Source of the DNA: a virus
Virus record (IMG/VR): IMGVR_UViG_3300012944_000017
Span: 1 to 39,787 of that record
Strand: one strand, 5' to 3'
Length of the DNA stretch: 39,787 nt
This document shows, piece after piece, positions 1 to 6,450 of the stretch (position 1 is the first letter of the stretch; every line of letters starts with the position of its first letter). The notes under the pieces were generated by a model. That model ran no database searches. It had not been told where the DNA came from and worked only from the letters and a program-made list of their open reading frames with translations. The position numbers and the translations under genes were made by a program.

Positions 1-109
1 CGGCGTGGAGCGCCTTCATCTTCGCCTTGAACGCCGGGTCGGCGTGGAGCGCCTTCATGCGCGCCCTGGCGCTCGCCTTGAACGCCGGGTCGGCGTGGAG
101 CGCCTTCAT
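1..109. repeat. Tandem direct repeats (39-nt and 51-nt units, both multiples of 3), copy set at the window start; same family as 39626-39787
   Basis: Read directly. The unit cggcgtggagcgccttcat + cttcgccttgaacgccgggt (39 nt) is at 1-39. A 51-nt variant with the insert gcgcgccctggcgctcgcc is at 40-90. A third partial copy is at 91-109. Nt 1-33 are identical to 39755-39787, and 1-109 are identical to 39665-39773. Confidence 0.95.
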
Positions 110-163
110 GCGCCGACGCCTCGCGGCATGACCGTCTGCGGTCCAGCGATAGGGCCTGGTCAC
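1..163 (-). CDS. 5' part of the tandem-repeat protein gene (MKALHADPAFKA[K/SARAR] repeats); it runs off the window start and is continued in frame by 39525-39787
   Basis: The minus-strand frame is open from the TGA at about 196. An ATG at 109 is preceded by GAGG 9 nt upstream. An alternative GTG at 163 would add VTRPYRWTADGHAARRRR, which looks like a degenerate repeat copy. The frame is continuous with the ORF at the window end if the ends are joined by the 33-nt overlap. Confidence 0.55.
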   Translation of the reverse strand, partial: MTRPYRWTADGHAARRRRMKALHADPAFKASARARMKALHADPAFKAKMKALHA

Positions 164-235
164 GGATGAGCCTGGCGCCGCTCGTGCGCTTGAATCAAAG
201 CCATGGCCTCATCGTGTAGGCTCACGCGCTCGCCC

Positions 236-379
236 TCAGCGGCCCCGATTGCGACGCCGGCTTTCCTTCGCGAGCGCATTGCGTCGACGCTGGCGCTTGT
301 TGTTCGCCGCGAACCATCGCTGCTCGCCGGCGCTGTTACGCGGATCGCCGCGCGCGCTGTTCTTGCGGTGCATCGGCAT
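236..379 (-). CDS. 47-aa arginine-rich basic protein (MPMHRKNSARGDPRNSAGEQRWFAANNKRQRRRNALAKESRRRNRGR); below the ORF-track size cutoff
   Basis: My own translation. The ATG at 379 lies 4 nt after the stop of the upstream gene (383-385) and AAGGAA sits upstream. It fills an otherwise empty slot in a tightly packed operon. No family recognised. Confidence 0.35.
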   Translation of the reverse strand: MPMHRKNSARGDPRNSAGEQRWFAANNKRQRRRNALAKESRRRNRGR

Positions 380-382
380 AGG

Positions 383-784
383 CTATTCCTTCAACGCGAA
401 GGTCTCCTCCAGCATCCGCTGGATGTCGCTCGATCCGGGCGTCATCAGGCCGGCGCCATGTTTGATGTGCGTGTGCCAGTTCGCGAGCGCGGCGGCGCTC
501 GATATGGTGTGGTGCAGGGCCTTGTTCACATCGCCGTCGATGTGGGCTTTGAGTGCTTTACCTGCGAGGTAACCGATCAGCCAAAACCAGTCTTGCGGCT
601 GCTTGGCACGATCGCCGACGGTGCCCCAGCGTTGAATCTGGTGCCCAACCTCGCGCTGCACGCCGTCGAGAAAATCCATGACCTCGGGCGAATTGAGTAT
701 GTCGAAGGCTTCCATGGCTTCAACTTCCAGATCGTGCCGGTCCAGCGCTCCGATCCGTTTTTCATTTTCCTCGCGGCTGATCAT
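383..784 (-). CDS. Hypothetical 133-aa protein; possible degenerate all-alpha NTP-pyrophosphohydrolase (MazG-like) template
   Basis: The track ORF 383-883 is trimmed to the ATG at 784, which overlaps the TerS stop by 1 nt (TGATG). The segment QRWG..(12)..DWFWLIGYLAGKA...ALHHTISSAAALANW resembles phage MazG-like proteins, but the acidic EExxE-type motif is not visible. Confidence 0.55.
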   Translation of the reverse strand: MISREENEKRIGALDRHDLEVEAMEAFDILNSPEVMDFLDGVQREVGHQIQRWGTVGDRAKQPQDWFWLIGYLAGKALKAHIDGDVNKALHHTISSAAALANWHTHIKHGAGLMTPGSSDIQRMLEETFALKE

Positions 785-1329
785 CACTTCGGCCTTTTGT
801 AGGTGCTCGGGTAAATGTGCAGGTTCAGGCCGCTGGCGGCGAGCGGGTTCACGCTCTTGTGCATCGCGAGGATGCTCATGCACTGATCGAGCCCCTTGAG
901 CTTGTCGCGCAGCCGCACTTTGCGCACCATGCCCAACACGCGCCGGGGCTCGCCCTCCCCCTCACTGGGCCCGAAGATTTCCTCGTGCTCCACCCCTGCG
1001 ATCATGGCGCGCGCGTCGACGTCCATCTGCTGGATCGGCTTCAAGTTCCCAGCCTCGTCGAACAGCGCGCCCACATCCCCGTAGGCGACGCTCGCAATCT
1101 CGCGCATGGTGCGCTCGACCGTGATTTCATTCGATCGGCTGGCTTTGGCGACGATCTGCGCCAAGTGGTCGCGAACGTCAGCAAAAGTCAGCAATCTGGA
1201 GCCGCACACCTTGGCGGACTTGCGCGAGTAGCCTGCGCGGATCGCCGCCTGGGTGGCGTTGAAGTCCTTGGCGTATTCCTCGGCGAAGCGTCGCCGCTTG
1301 GCGTTCGCCGATGGGCCCCTCGCCGCCAC
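784..1329 (-). CDS. terS: Terminase small subunit (Terminase_2-like)
   Basis: The N-terminus KRRRFAEEYAKDFNATQAAIRAGYSRKSAKVCGSRLL matches the classic TerS HTH signature (F..eY....NatqAa..AGYs.ksA...g..LL). GTG start at 1329. Confidence 0.8.
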   Translation of the reverse strand: MAARGPSANAKRRRFAEEYAKDFNATQAAIRAGYSRKSAKVCGSRLLTFADVRDHLAQIVAKASRSNEITVERTMREIASVAYGDVGALFDEAGNLKPIQQMDVDARAMIAGVEHEEIFGPSEGEGEPRRVLGMVRKVRLRDKLKGLDQCMSILAMHKSVNPLAASGLNLHIYPSTYKRPK

Positions 1330-1330
1330 G

Positions 1331-1504
1331 TCAATGCTTCATGCGTTGCCGCGCGAACTTGCGACGCTGCACGTACTCGGGCAGGTGCCCGCCGGTGTCG
1401 GATTTCACGAACTCGCGGCCCACCTTCTTGGGGATGCCGAGCGTGCTCCGCCCCTCGGCCGCCGCGTGCATGGCGCCGCGCTGCGCCTGGCTCAGGATTG
1501 GCAT
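1331..1504 (-). CDS. 57-aa protein, DUF3008-like ([57 protein letters not shown])
   Basis: My own translation; below the track cutoff. A strong GGGAGG lies 6 nt upstream of the ATG at 1504. The pattern S.AQ....aAA.G.StlGIPKKV..EF resembles the small DUF3008 family, recalled from memory. Confidence 0.5.
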   Translation of the reverse strand: MPILSQAQRGAMHAAAEGRSTLGIPKKVGREFVKSDTGGHLPEYVQRRKFARQRMKH

Positions 1505-1515
1505 GGAACCTCCCT

Positions 1516-1962
1516 TTATCGCTTCCAGAAACGGCGAACGCCGCGGCTCTGGCTCTGGTACGGGGATGTGGCGGGGCGCACCGGTGTGATCCGCGTCAAA
1601 CCGCGCCAGGGCTGGCCGGTGAGCTCTGCGACCTCATCGAGGGCCTTGGCCGCTTTCAATCGCATGGTGCGGCAGGAGCGGTGCGGGGCGAAGCGATCGG
1701 CCCACCGATCGCGCCAGTAGGTGAGCCAGGACCGTGGCGCCCAGCTGAGGCGCGGGGTGTAGTACTGATCCTCCGCGATCGACTCCATGGCCTGGCGCAG
1801 CACATCGACGACCGCAGCGAATCGCTGCTGCGCGCTCATCGAATCCGTCATCTGCACCGTTTCGGTGACGGGCGGCTCCAGGCGCCGTGCATCCGCGTAC
1901 ACGCCTGCGCCCGCGCTGCCGAAGGGTTCAGGCAAGCCGACTTGTCGCCTCCGATCCATCAC
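1516..1962 (-). CDS. Hypothetical protein (148 aa)
   Basis: Track ORF. The GTG/ATG start at 1962/1959 overlaps the upstream stop (GTGATG). It is co-oriented and tightly packed with its neighbours. No family recognised. Confidence 0.5.
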   Translation of the reverse strand: MMDRRRQVGLPEPFGSAGAGVYADARRLEPPVTETVQMTDSMSAQQRFAAVVDVLRQAMESIAEDQYYTPRLSWAPRSWLTYWRDRWADRFAPHRSCRTMRLKAAKALDEVAELTGQPWRGLTRITPVRPATSPYQSQSRGVRRFWKR

Positions 1963-2216
1963 GCCGCCTCGGGCCCCTCACCCCACGCCACCTCGGCACT
2001 CGGCTCGTTCGCAGCCTCTACCGCCGGAGCGGTGTCGTCGACGGGCACCTCGTGGTGCTGGTCGTGCAGGTAGCGGAAACGTGTGCCGCTCAGGTCGCCC
2101 TCATCCCAAACGCTCTCGCACCCTGGCCGGCAGCGCAGCGCCGGCAATCCGCCCGGCGTGGTGGCCTTAATGAAATTGGTCGAGCCGCACTTGGGGCAAA
2201 CGAGTGTGTCGGTCAT
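1959..2216 (-). CDS. Small zinc-ribbon protein (85 aa)
   Basis: CPKCGS...(17)...CRPGC is a four-Cys ribbon at the N-terminus, followed by an acidic tail ending GPEAA. The ATG at 2216 overlaps the upstream stop (ATGA). Confidence 0.6.
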   Translation of the reverse strand: MTDTLVCPKCGSTNFIKATTPGGLPALRCRPGCESVWDEGDLSGTRFRYLHDQHHEVPVDDTAPAVEAANEPSAEVAWGEGPEAA

Positions 2217-2605
2217 GTGTCCTCCAGCGTTGCAAGGTTCCGATCCCCGGCCCAGCTTCCGATCAGTTTATGACGGCGCCAGGACTGGCCGCTCACCTGG
2301 CTGTAGGCGTTCAACGCTTCCACGGCGAGCCCGCGGAGCTGTGCGGTCGTCACCGGCAATTTCGTGCGCAGGTCCATTTCAGCGATCGCGATGGTCTCCA
2401 ATCCGGTGCGCAGCGCATCGACGGCGAGACCGAGCTTGTGATTGCCCTCCTTGGCGTGCAGGGCCTCCTCCTGGGCGGCGAGGAGCGGATCGGGCAAGCC
2501 CAGCTTGGGTTTCTTCCCCGGCTCCGCAGCGGGCACCACCGGCGGCGGAGTGGCCCCGTTGCGCTTGGCGCGCGTCACCTTCACCCGCTCCCTGGTGTTG
2601 CTCAC
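2213..2605 (-). CDS. Hypothetical protein (130 aa), basic/Pro-rich N-terminus
   Basis: Track ORF with 4-nt start/stop overlaps on both sides. No family recognised. Confidence 0.5.
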   Translation of the reverse strand: MSNTRERVKVTRAKRNGATPPPVVPAAEPGKKPKLGLPDPLLAAQEEALHAKEGNHKLGLAVDALRTGLETIAIAEMDLRTKLPVTTAQLRGLAVEALNAYSQVSGQSWRRHKLIGSWAGDRNLATLEDT

Positions 2606-2880
2606 AGGCGCGCCCTCCCGTTGTGACGCGGCCGGCGCGCCTGCTTGTTCACCGCGCGCACGGTTTTATCGAACCGCGGTTGCTGCGCCTGGCTCCTGGG
2701 GTGCCCGAGCTGCTCGAGCACCGCGTTGGCCACTTGCGCGAGCGCGTCGGGGTGCGTGAAGGGGATGCCCCCGAGGGCGGTAATGGCCTCAGTCTCGAAA
2801 TCCGGGAGCAGCCCGATGCGCTGGCGCATGTCGACCAATTCCTGGATCACAATCGAGCGCACCGCCTCGACCTGTTTCAT
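2602..2880 (-). CDS. Hypothetical protein (92 aa, MKQVEAVRSIVIQELVDMRQRIG...)
   Basis: This is the 3' part of track ORF 2602-3123, trimmed to the ATG at 2880, which overlaps the stop of the upstream gene by 1 nt (TGATG). The upstream part of that ORF is a shadow frame of 2880-3140. Confidence 0.45.
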   Translation of the reverse strand: MKQVEAVRSIVIQELVDMRQRIGLLPDFETEAITALGGIPFTHPDALAQVANAVLEQLGHPRSQAQQPRFDKTVRAVNKQARRPRHNGRARL

Positions 2881-3140
2881 CACTCGTGCTTCCCGTTGCC
2901 GGCGATCGCCTCGCGCACCCCAGCGTTCACGGTGCGGGGACCTGCGGGGGCGGGCACGAAGTCCCAGCACGAATCGGTTGGTGTGACCGGCGGCCACACC
3001 CCGGCGAGGCCCATGCCGTTTTTGCCCTGCGGGATCAGGATCGCCTGCGGGGAGCGGCGGAAGCAATACAGCGCCACGGTGCCGAGCTGCTTGGCCTGGC
3101 GCGAGTGCTGGCATTCCCCACACGGCCCGCGCTCGCTCAT
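2880..3140 (-). CDS. Hypothetical Cys-containing protein (86 aa, CGEC...C...C)
   Basis: Track ORF. The ATG at 3140 overlaps the DUF1064-like gene stop (ATGA). Confidence 0.45.
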   Translation of the reverse strand: MSERGPCGECQHSRQAKQLGTVALYCFRRSPQAILIPQGKNGMGLAGVWPPVTPTDSCWDFVPAPAGPRTVNAGVREAIAGNGKHE

Positions 3141-3535
3141 CCTCGCACCTGCGCGCGCGTGAGAATCTGTACGCTGATCCCGTAGCGTTGAGCGACCACG
3201 GCCAACTTGACCCGCGCGGTATCGGTGAGAAACCCCTTGGTGTCCTCTACTGTGATTTTTTCCACTGTACCGCCGAGGTTCCAGACCACCAGGAAGTCGG
3301 CACGGTATATCACACCCGGCGCCACGTCAAAGGGCACCTGGCGCAAAAACCACTTCACCTCACCCGCGGCGCGCAGGAGTTTGAGCTCGCTGTAGCGGTC
3401 GGCCTCCAGCTTGGAGCGGAACTTGAGTCCATCGACGCATGTGACGCGATTGCCCATCCGCTCGCGCTTGGGGTGCACGCGGTAGGTCTCGAGCCGATCG
3501 AGGGCTTTGGTCCAGGCGCTCCGGGCTGATCCCAT
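3137..3535 (-). CDS. DUF1064-family PD-(D/E)xK-like nuclease (putative Holliday-junction resolvase type)
   Basis: VDGLKFRSKLEADRYSELKLLRAAGEVKWFLRQVPFDV...YRADFLVVW...VEDTKGFLT..ARVKLAVVAQRYG fits the DUF1064 pattern (G..FdSk.Ea.ry.eL..l...G.I......f.......Y..DF.v......v.E.KG). The start is set at the ATG at 3535, behind GGGGGAGGGAG; the track start at 3559 is a TTG. Confidence 0.65.
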   Translation of the reverse strand: MGSARSAWTKALDRLETYRVHPKRERMGNRVTCVDGLKFRSKLEADRYSELKLLRAAGEVKWFLRQVPFDVAPGVIYRADFLVVWNLGGTVEKITVEDTKGFLTDTARVKLAVVAQRYGISVQILTRAQVRG

Positions 3536-3559
3536 TCTCGGCTCCCTCCCCCTCGCCAA

Positions 3560-3669
3560 ACCGGATTTGCTCTATAAATCTTATTCTTAGGTCTTAGGAT
3601 TTAAGACTAAGAGGAGTCACTTGCGCGGCGCGTGAGATATCCACAGGCCAATGCTCAGGTCATCCACAG
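3560..3669. promoter_or_regulatory. Low-GC intergenic segment with CTTAG/CTAAG repeats, an inverted repeat (gtcttaggatttaagac) and three CCACAG(G) motif copies; candidate leftward promoter/operator region
   Basis: Read directly. ctctataaatcttattcttaggtcttaggatttaagactaagagg lies at about 3570-3613. atatccacagg is at 3637-3647 and catccacagc at 3661-3670. This is the only strongly AT-enriched tract on this side of the genome, and it lies immediately upstream of the long leftward gene string. Confidence 0.4.
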
Positions 3670-4038
3670 CTACCCCACAGGAACATCCCACGGCTGGCGC
3701 GCCGGCGGCCTGCGGTGCAGGTGATGGTCTTTGCAGTTCTGCGCTCGGGTCGTGATGTACACGTTCCCCACCGCATACGGGCCCAAATCGTACTTGCGGG
3801 CCAGCACCAAATCGGCCCTCAGACGGTCCGGCCAATAGGGGGCCCAGATGCCGCACCACTGCTGGAGGGTCAGCTCAATGGGAATGTTCCGCTGCTTAGC
3901 CGAGGCTCTCCAGGCGATATACCTGGAGCGCATCCAAGGGTTCCGCGGTTCAATGGGTCGACTGTCTGCCAGCAGGCTGCACGAACCATCCACAGGAATA
4001 TCCACAGGCGTGAAATGCGTCACAACTTGCTTAATCAC
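3670..4038 (-). CDS. Stand-alone HNH-like (degenerate) endonuclease / DNA-binding protein candidate (122 aa)
   Basis: RYIAWRASAKQRNIPIELTLQQW...LVLARKYDLGPYAVGNVYITTRAQN resembles phage HNH_3-type proteins (R..A..RgI.F.LT.eqw...L.ldRiD...gY...Nv...t...N), but the catalytic His positions are not obvious. The start is uncertain (GTG at 4038, no SD). GC is lower than in the surrounding sequence. Confidence 0.4.
   Translation of the reverse strand: MIKQVVTHFTPVDIPVDGSCSLLADSRPIEPRNPWMRSRYIAWRASAKQRNIPIELTLQQWCGIWAPYWPDRLRADLVLARKYDLGPYAVGNVYITTRAQNCKDHHLHRRPPARQPWDVPVG
3986..4008. promoter_or_regulatory. Two adjacent copies of the TCCACAGG motif (ccatccacagg, atatccacagg)
   Basis: atatccacagg at 3998-4008 is identical to 3637-3647. 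Related accccacagg copies are at 3672-3681, 4444-4453 and 5957-5966 (the last two sit in the two early promoter-like motifs). Confidence 0.5.
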
Positions 4039-4105
4039 GACAAATTAGATAGAGTCTAAGTCCAAGTCCAGGGCGGCCTGCGGGCGGCGGAACCTGGCCA
4101 GCTTG

Positions 4106-4145
4106 GGAGGGGTCCGTCCCCCACGGCCGCGGGCCGGACCCCTCC
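4106..4145 (-). terminator. GC-rich stem-loop (11-bp perfect stem ggaggggtccg / cggacccctcc, 18-nt loop) just downstream of the XRE-like gene
   Basis: Inverted repeat read directly (4106-4116 and 4135-4145). It lies 18 nt after the stop at 4163. There is no U-tract, so its function as a terminator is uncertain. Confidence 0.4.
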
Positions 4146-4162
4146 GCTGTCAGCCCCACCCC

Positions 4163-4372
4163 TTACCCTCCAGAAAAGCTCGCGCGCCCGCGCGCATAGC
4201 GGTACGCCTCGTACGCCTCGAGCTTCAGGTACGCCAAGAGCTTTGGCCCTGGGCGCTTGCGCCCGGCCAGCACGGCGCTGATGAAACCAGGGGAGACCCC
4301 AGCCTCCTCGGCGATGTCCTGCTTGAGTTTCGTGCGGCAACGCCGGCGCAGTTCCCTGAGTGCGGTATTCAT
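4163..4372 (-). CDS. XRE/Cro-type helix-turn-helix regulator (about 69 aa)
   Basis: MNTALRELRRRCRTKLKQDIAEEAGVSPGFISAVLAGRKRPGPKLLAYL fits the HTH_XRE pattern (sq.elAe.aGVs.s.IS.v..G.r.P). This is only the 3' end of the 490-aa track ORF 4163-5635. An alternative ATG is at 4384. It is divergent from the early promoter. Confidence 0.6.
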   Translation of the reverse strand: MNTALRELRRRCRTKLKQDIAEEAGVSPGFISAVLAGRKRPGPKLLAYLKLEAYEAYRYARGRASFSGG

Positions 4373-4432
4373 GGGCGTCACCATACTACAGCCGGTCACT
4401 GTACCGCAATGGTCCAGCCCTGAAATAAACGC

Positions 4433-4461
4433 TTGACGGCTGAACCCCACAGGTATAGGAT
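4433..4461 (+). promoter_or_regulatory. Early rightward promoter candidate P1 (TTGACG - 17 nt - TAGGAT) with embedded ACCCCACAGGT motif
   Basis: cTTGACggCTGaACCCCACAGGTataggat, followed by the AAGGAG SD (4473-4478) and the ATG at 4490. The block CTTGAC-NN-CTG-N-ACCCCACAGGT recurs at 5944-5967. Confidence 0.55.
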
Positions 4462-4489
4462 CGAATCCTAACCGAAGGAGCAGGCACCC

Positions 4490-5020
4490 ATGAGCACTCG
4501 AGCGAACATTGTTGTGGTCCACGGCGAGAGCGTGGTGTTTCTCTACCGGCACTGCGATGGATACCCGAGCGAGTGCGGGGCGGACCTGGGGGCTAAGCTC
4601 CTGGCCTGCGATCGCTCCGCCGGCGCCTTCCTGCGCTCGATCGTCCTGGACAAGTACGAGCAGCAGAGCTACGAGCGGGCGGCGCGGCCGGTGTACGAAC
4701 TGACCACTGAGCTGCATGGCGACATTGAGTGGCTCTACGTGTTCGATTTCAAGGACGGCGGGGCGCCGGGCCCCTACGTGGGCTGCGGGCTCACCCCGTT
4801 TGCGATCGGGAGCGATCGGGACATCAGCAACACCGAGGTGTGCAAGGTGGCCAGCGCCAGCGTCGAGGACTTCATCGCCACGATCAACGGGCACATCCGC
4901 GACCAGAACCGGCGAATCCTCCAGTACAACCGGGACAACCGCACCGACCACCCCGCGATCGAAGAGCTCAAGCTCCCCGAGGATGAGGTGCTGGCGCCGG
5001 CCGGGCCGGAGGCCGCATGA
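4490..5020 (+). CDS. Early protein, unknown function (176 aa)
   Basis: Track ORF with a good SD. It is the first gene after P1 and its C-terminus ends PEAA with an ATGA overlap. No family recognised. Confidence 0.65.
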   Translation: MSTRANIVVVHGESVVFLYRHCDGYPSECGADLGAKLLACDRSAGAFLRSIVLDKYEQQSYERAARPVYELTTELHGDIEWLYVFDFKDGGAPGPYVGCGLTPFAIGSDRDISNTEVCKVASASVEDFIATINGHIRDQNRRILQYNRDNRTDHPAIEELKLPEDEVLAPAGPEAA

Positions 5021-5307
5021 GCGCCCCCTATCGGGTTGTGCTCCTGGATGCCGACGACTGCGAGCTGTCGGTGACCGAGGAGAACACGCTGCGCGAGGCC
5101 AGGCGCTCGGCGCTGGAAAAAACGCGCGAACCGTGCAATAGCGACTGGCGAGTCGCGCAGGTGCGCTGCGCCGAGGGCGATGTGGTGTGGGACCGGCGAG
5201 CGCGGGAGGAGTGTCCCAACTGCGGCGAGGAGCTGGCGCCCGGCCAGGAACGCTGCTGCACCGATGATTTCCCCGAGGCCGGCGACATACGCGAGACCGG
5301 GCGATGA
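5017..5307 (+). CDS. Early protein with C-terminal CxxC...CC cluster (96 aa)
   Basis: Track ORF. GGAGG lies 6 nt upstream of the ATG. Contains CPNCGEELAPGQERCC. Confidence 0.55.
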   Translation: MSAPYRVVLLDADDCELSVTEENTLREARRSALEKTREPCNSDWRVAQVRCAEGDVVWDRRAREECPNCGEELAPGQERCCTDDFPEAGDIRETGR

Positions 5308-5492
5308 GCGCGCGCACTCCAGAGGCCATACTCGTGGAGCAGTGGGACAAACTGCTGGCCGAGCGCAATGATCTGCTGGCGGCACTACGCCAAATCGCCG
5401 ACTTAAAGCGCAGACCCTTCGAGAGTCCGTTCGAGTGGCAAGCGCGCACCCGCGATATAGCGGACGCCGCGCTCGCCAAGGTGCAGTCATGA
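5304..5492 (+). CDS. Small early protein (62 aa), paralog of 6265-6450
   Basis: W D K L L A E R N D L L A A L R Q I A ... A L A K V Q S aligns by eye with W D Y I C F L E R Q R A E L V T A L Q R I A ... A A A K V Q R. Confidence 0.55.
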   Translation: MSARTPEAILVEQWDKLLAERNDLLAALRQIADLKRRPFESPFEWQARTRDIADAALAKVQS

Positions 5493-5683
5493 CCAAAACC
5501 CAGCTCGATGCGCTGCGCCGCATTCGTGACGGTGGCGCCCTTGCGTGGTGCGCGGGGAAAAGACGGGGAGGCGGGTCCGTCGCGCGCATGTTCGATCGCT
5601 TGGCCGCCGAGGGCTACTGCACGCCGGCGCCGCATGAAATCACCGACAAGGGCCGGGCCGCGCTCGGCGCATCGCAGCCATGA
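5489..5683 (+). CDS. Small early protein (64 aa), possible winged-helix; C-terminal ITDKGRAAL shared with 6447-6728
   Basis: Track ORF 5435-5683 trimmed to the ATG at 5489 (ATGA overlap with the upstream stop). The motif GY....(I/L)T..GRAAL is typical of the wing of wHTH proteins. Confidence 0.5.
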   Translation: MTKTQLDALRRIRDGGALAWCAGKRRGGGSVARMFDRLAAEGYCTPAPHEITDKGRAALGASQP

Positions 5684-5949
5684 ACGCGGTGCTCAAGGCC
5701 AAACCGCTGACGCCCACCATGGAGGCGTGTCTCGCGTTCATGCGGGGCGAGCCCGACCGATCCGTGCACCGGCACCGGGGCGGGGTCTGGAGCCGCTACG
5801 CCTTCACCTTCGAGCACGCCTGGCAGGCCGGCACCGTCGAGGCCCTGGTGACTCGCGGGCACGCGCACTACTCGGAGTTTCGCGACGGGCGCCTCACAGC
5901 CGATGGGCAGCAACACCCCTTTCCTGTCCGCTGCACACTCTCCGCTTGA
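5680..5949 (+). CDS. Early protein, unknown (89 aa)
   Basis: Track ORF with an ATGA overlap at its start. Its 3' end overlaps the second promoter-like motif. Confidence 0.5.
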   Translation: MNAVLKAKPLTPTMEACLAFMRGEPDRSVHRHRGGVWSRYAFTFEHAWQAGTVEALVTRGHAHYSEFRDGRLTADGQQHPFPVRCTLSA

Positions 5950-5977
5950 CAACTGTACCCCACAGGTTCAGTATAAG
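5944..5977 (+). promoter_or_regulatory. Early rightward promoter candidate P2 (TTGACA ... GTATAAG) with embedded ACCCCACAGGT motif
   Basis: cTTGACaaCTGtACCCCACAGGTtcagtataagg, followed by the AGGAGG SD and the ATG at 6002. The position of the -10 element is ambiguous: TATAAG lies 21 nt from the -35 element. Confidence 0.5.
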
Positions 5978-6001
5978 GCGTAAGGAAACCCAGGAGGTCA
6001 A

Positions 6002-6268
6002 ATGAGCGACACCACTGAAATCCGATTGAGCGACGGCACGGAGATAGACTTCTACCGCCAGAGCGCCACCAGGGCGCCGCACGGCTACGAGCTGCGCGGC
6101 CCTGGGTGCACCAACGCCACCGGCCGATTCAGCACCGGGATGCTTTGCTGGGATGGGGACATGCTGATCGACTTCGATGGCTCTTTCGAGCTGCCGGCCG
6201 AGGTCTGCGATGCGCTCGAGCGGATGGGTTACCGGCTCGATGAGTTCATCCGGCCGGAGGCCGCATGA
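6002..6268 (+). CDS. Early protein, unknown (88 aa), ends PEAA like 4490-5020
   Basis: Track ORF with a strong SD. It is the first gene after P2. Confidence 0.6.
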   Translation: MSDTTEIRLSDGTEIDFYRQSATRAPHGYELRGPGCTNATGRFSTGMLCWDGDMLIDFDGSFELPAEVCDALERMGYRLDEFIRPEAA

Positions 6269-6450
6269 GCGCCGCGGACGACTACCAGACGCGCGATCTG
6301 ACCTGGGATTACATCTGCTTCCTTGAGCGCCAGCGCGCTGAGCTCGTGACGGCGCTGCAACGGATAGCCAAGTACTGCGGCAACCAAGGCGCTGCGTTGC
6401 CCTCAGTGGCACACATGGCCCGCACCGCCGCCGCCAAAGTACAGCGATGA
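6265..6450 (+). CDS. Small early protein (61 aa), paralog of 5304-5492
   Basis: See 5304-5492. Its start lies in a 22-nt junction that is identical to 5004-5025. Confidence 0.55.
   Translation: MSAADDYQTRDLTWDYICFLERQRAELVTALQRIAKYCGNQGAALPSVAHMARTAAAKVQR

Noticed and set aside
817-3162. Long plus-strand ORFs 817-2073 (418 aa) and 2083-3162 (359 aa)
   Set aside because: They are antisense to a chain of translationally coupled minus-strand genes that includes a clear TerS. They have Arg/Ala/Pro/Gly-dominated low-information sequences and no SD-like sites.
4163-4372. Lysogeny module (repressor plus integrase)
   Set aside because: Only a small Cro/XRE-like HTH is present. I could not recognise any integrase, excisionase or attP-like feature, so a temperate lifestyle cannot be claimed.
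4163-5635. 490-aa minus-strand ORF in the track
   Set aside because: Only the last 70 or so codons (4163-4372, XRE-like HTH) look genuine. The rest is antisense to the well-supported plus-strand early genes (SD plus ATG, ATGA coupling) and has the R/A/P/G-rich composition of a shadow frame in GC-rich DNA.
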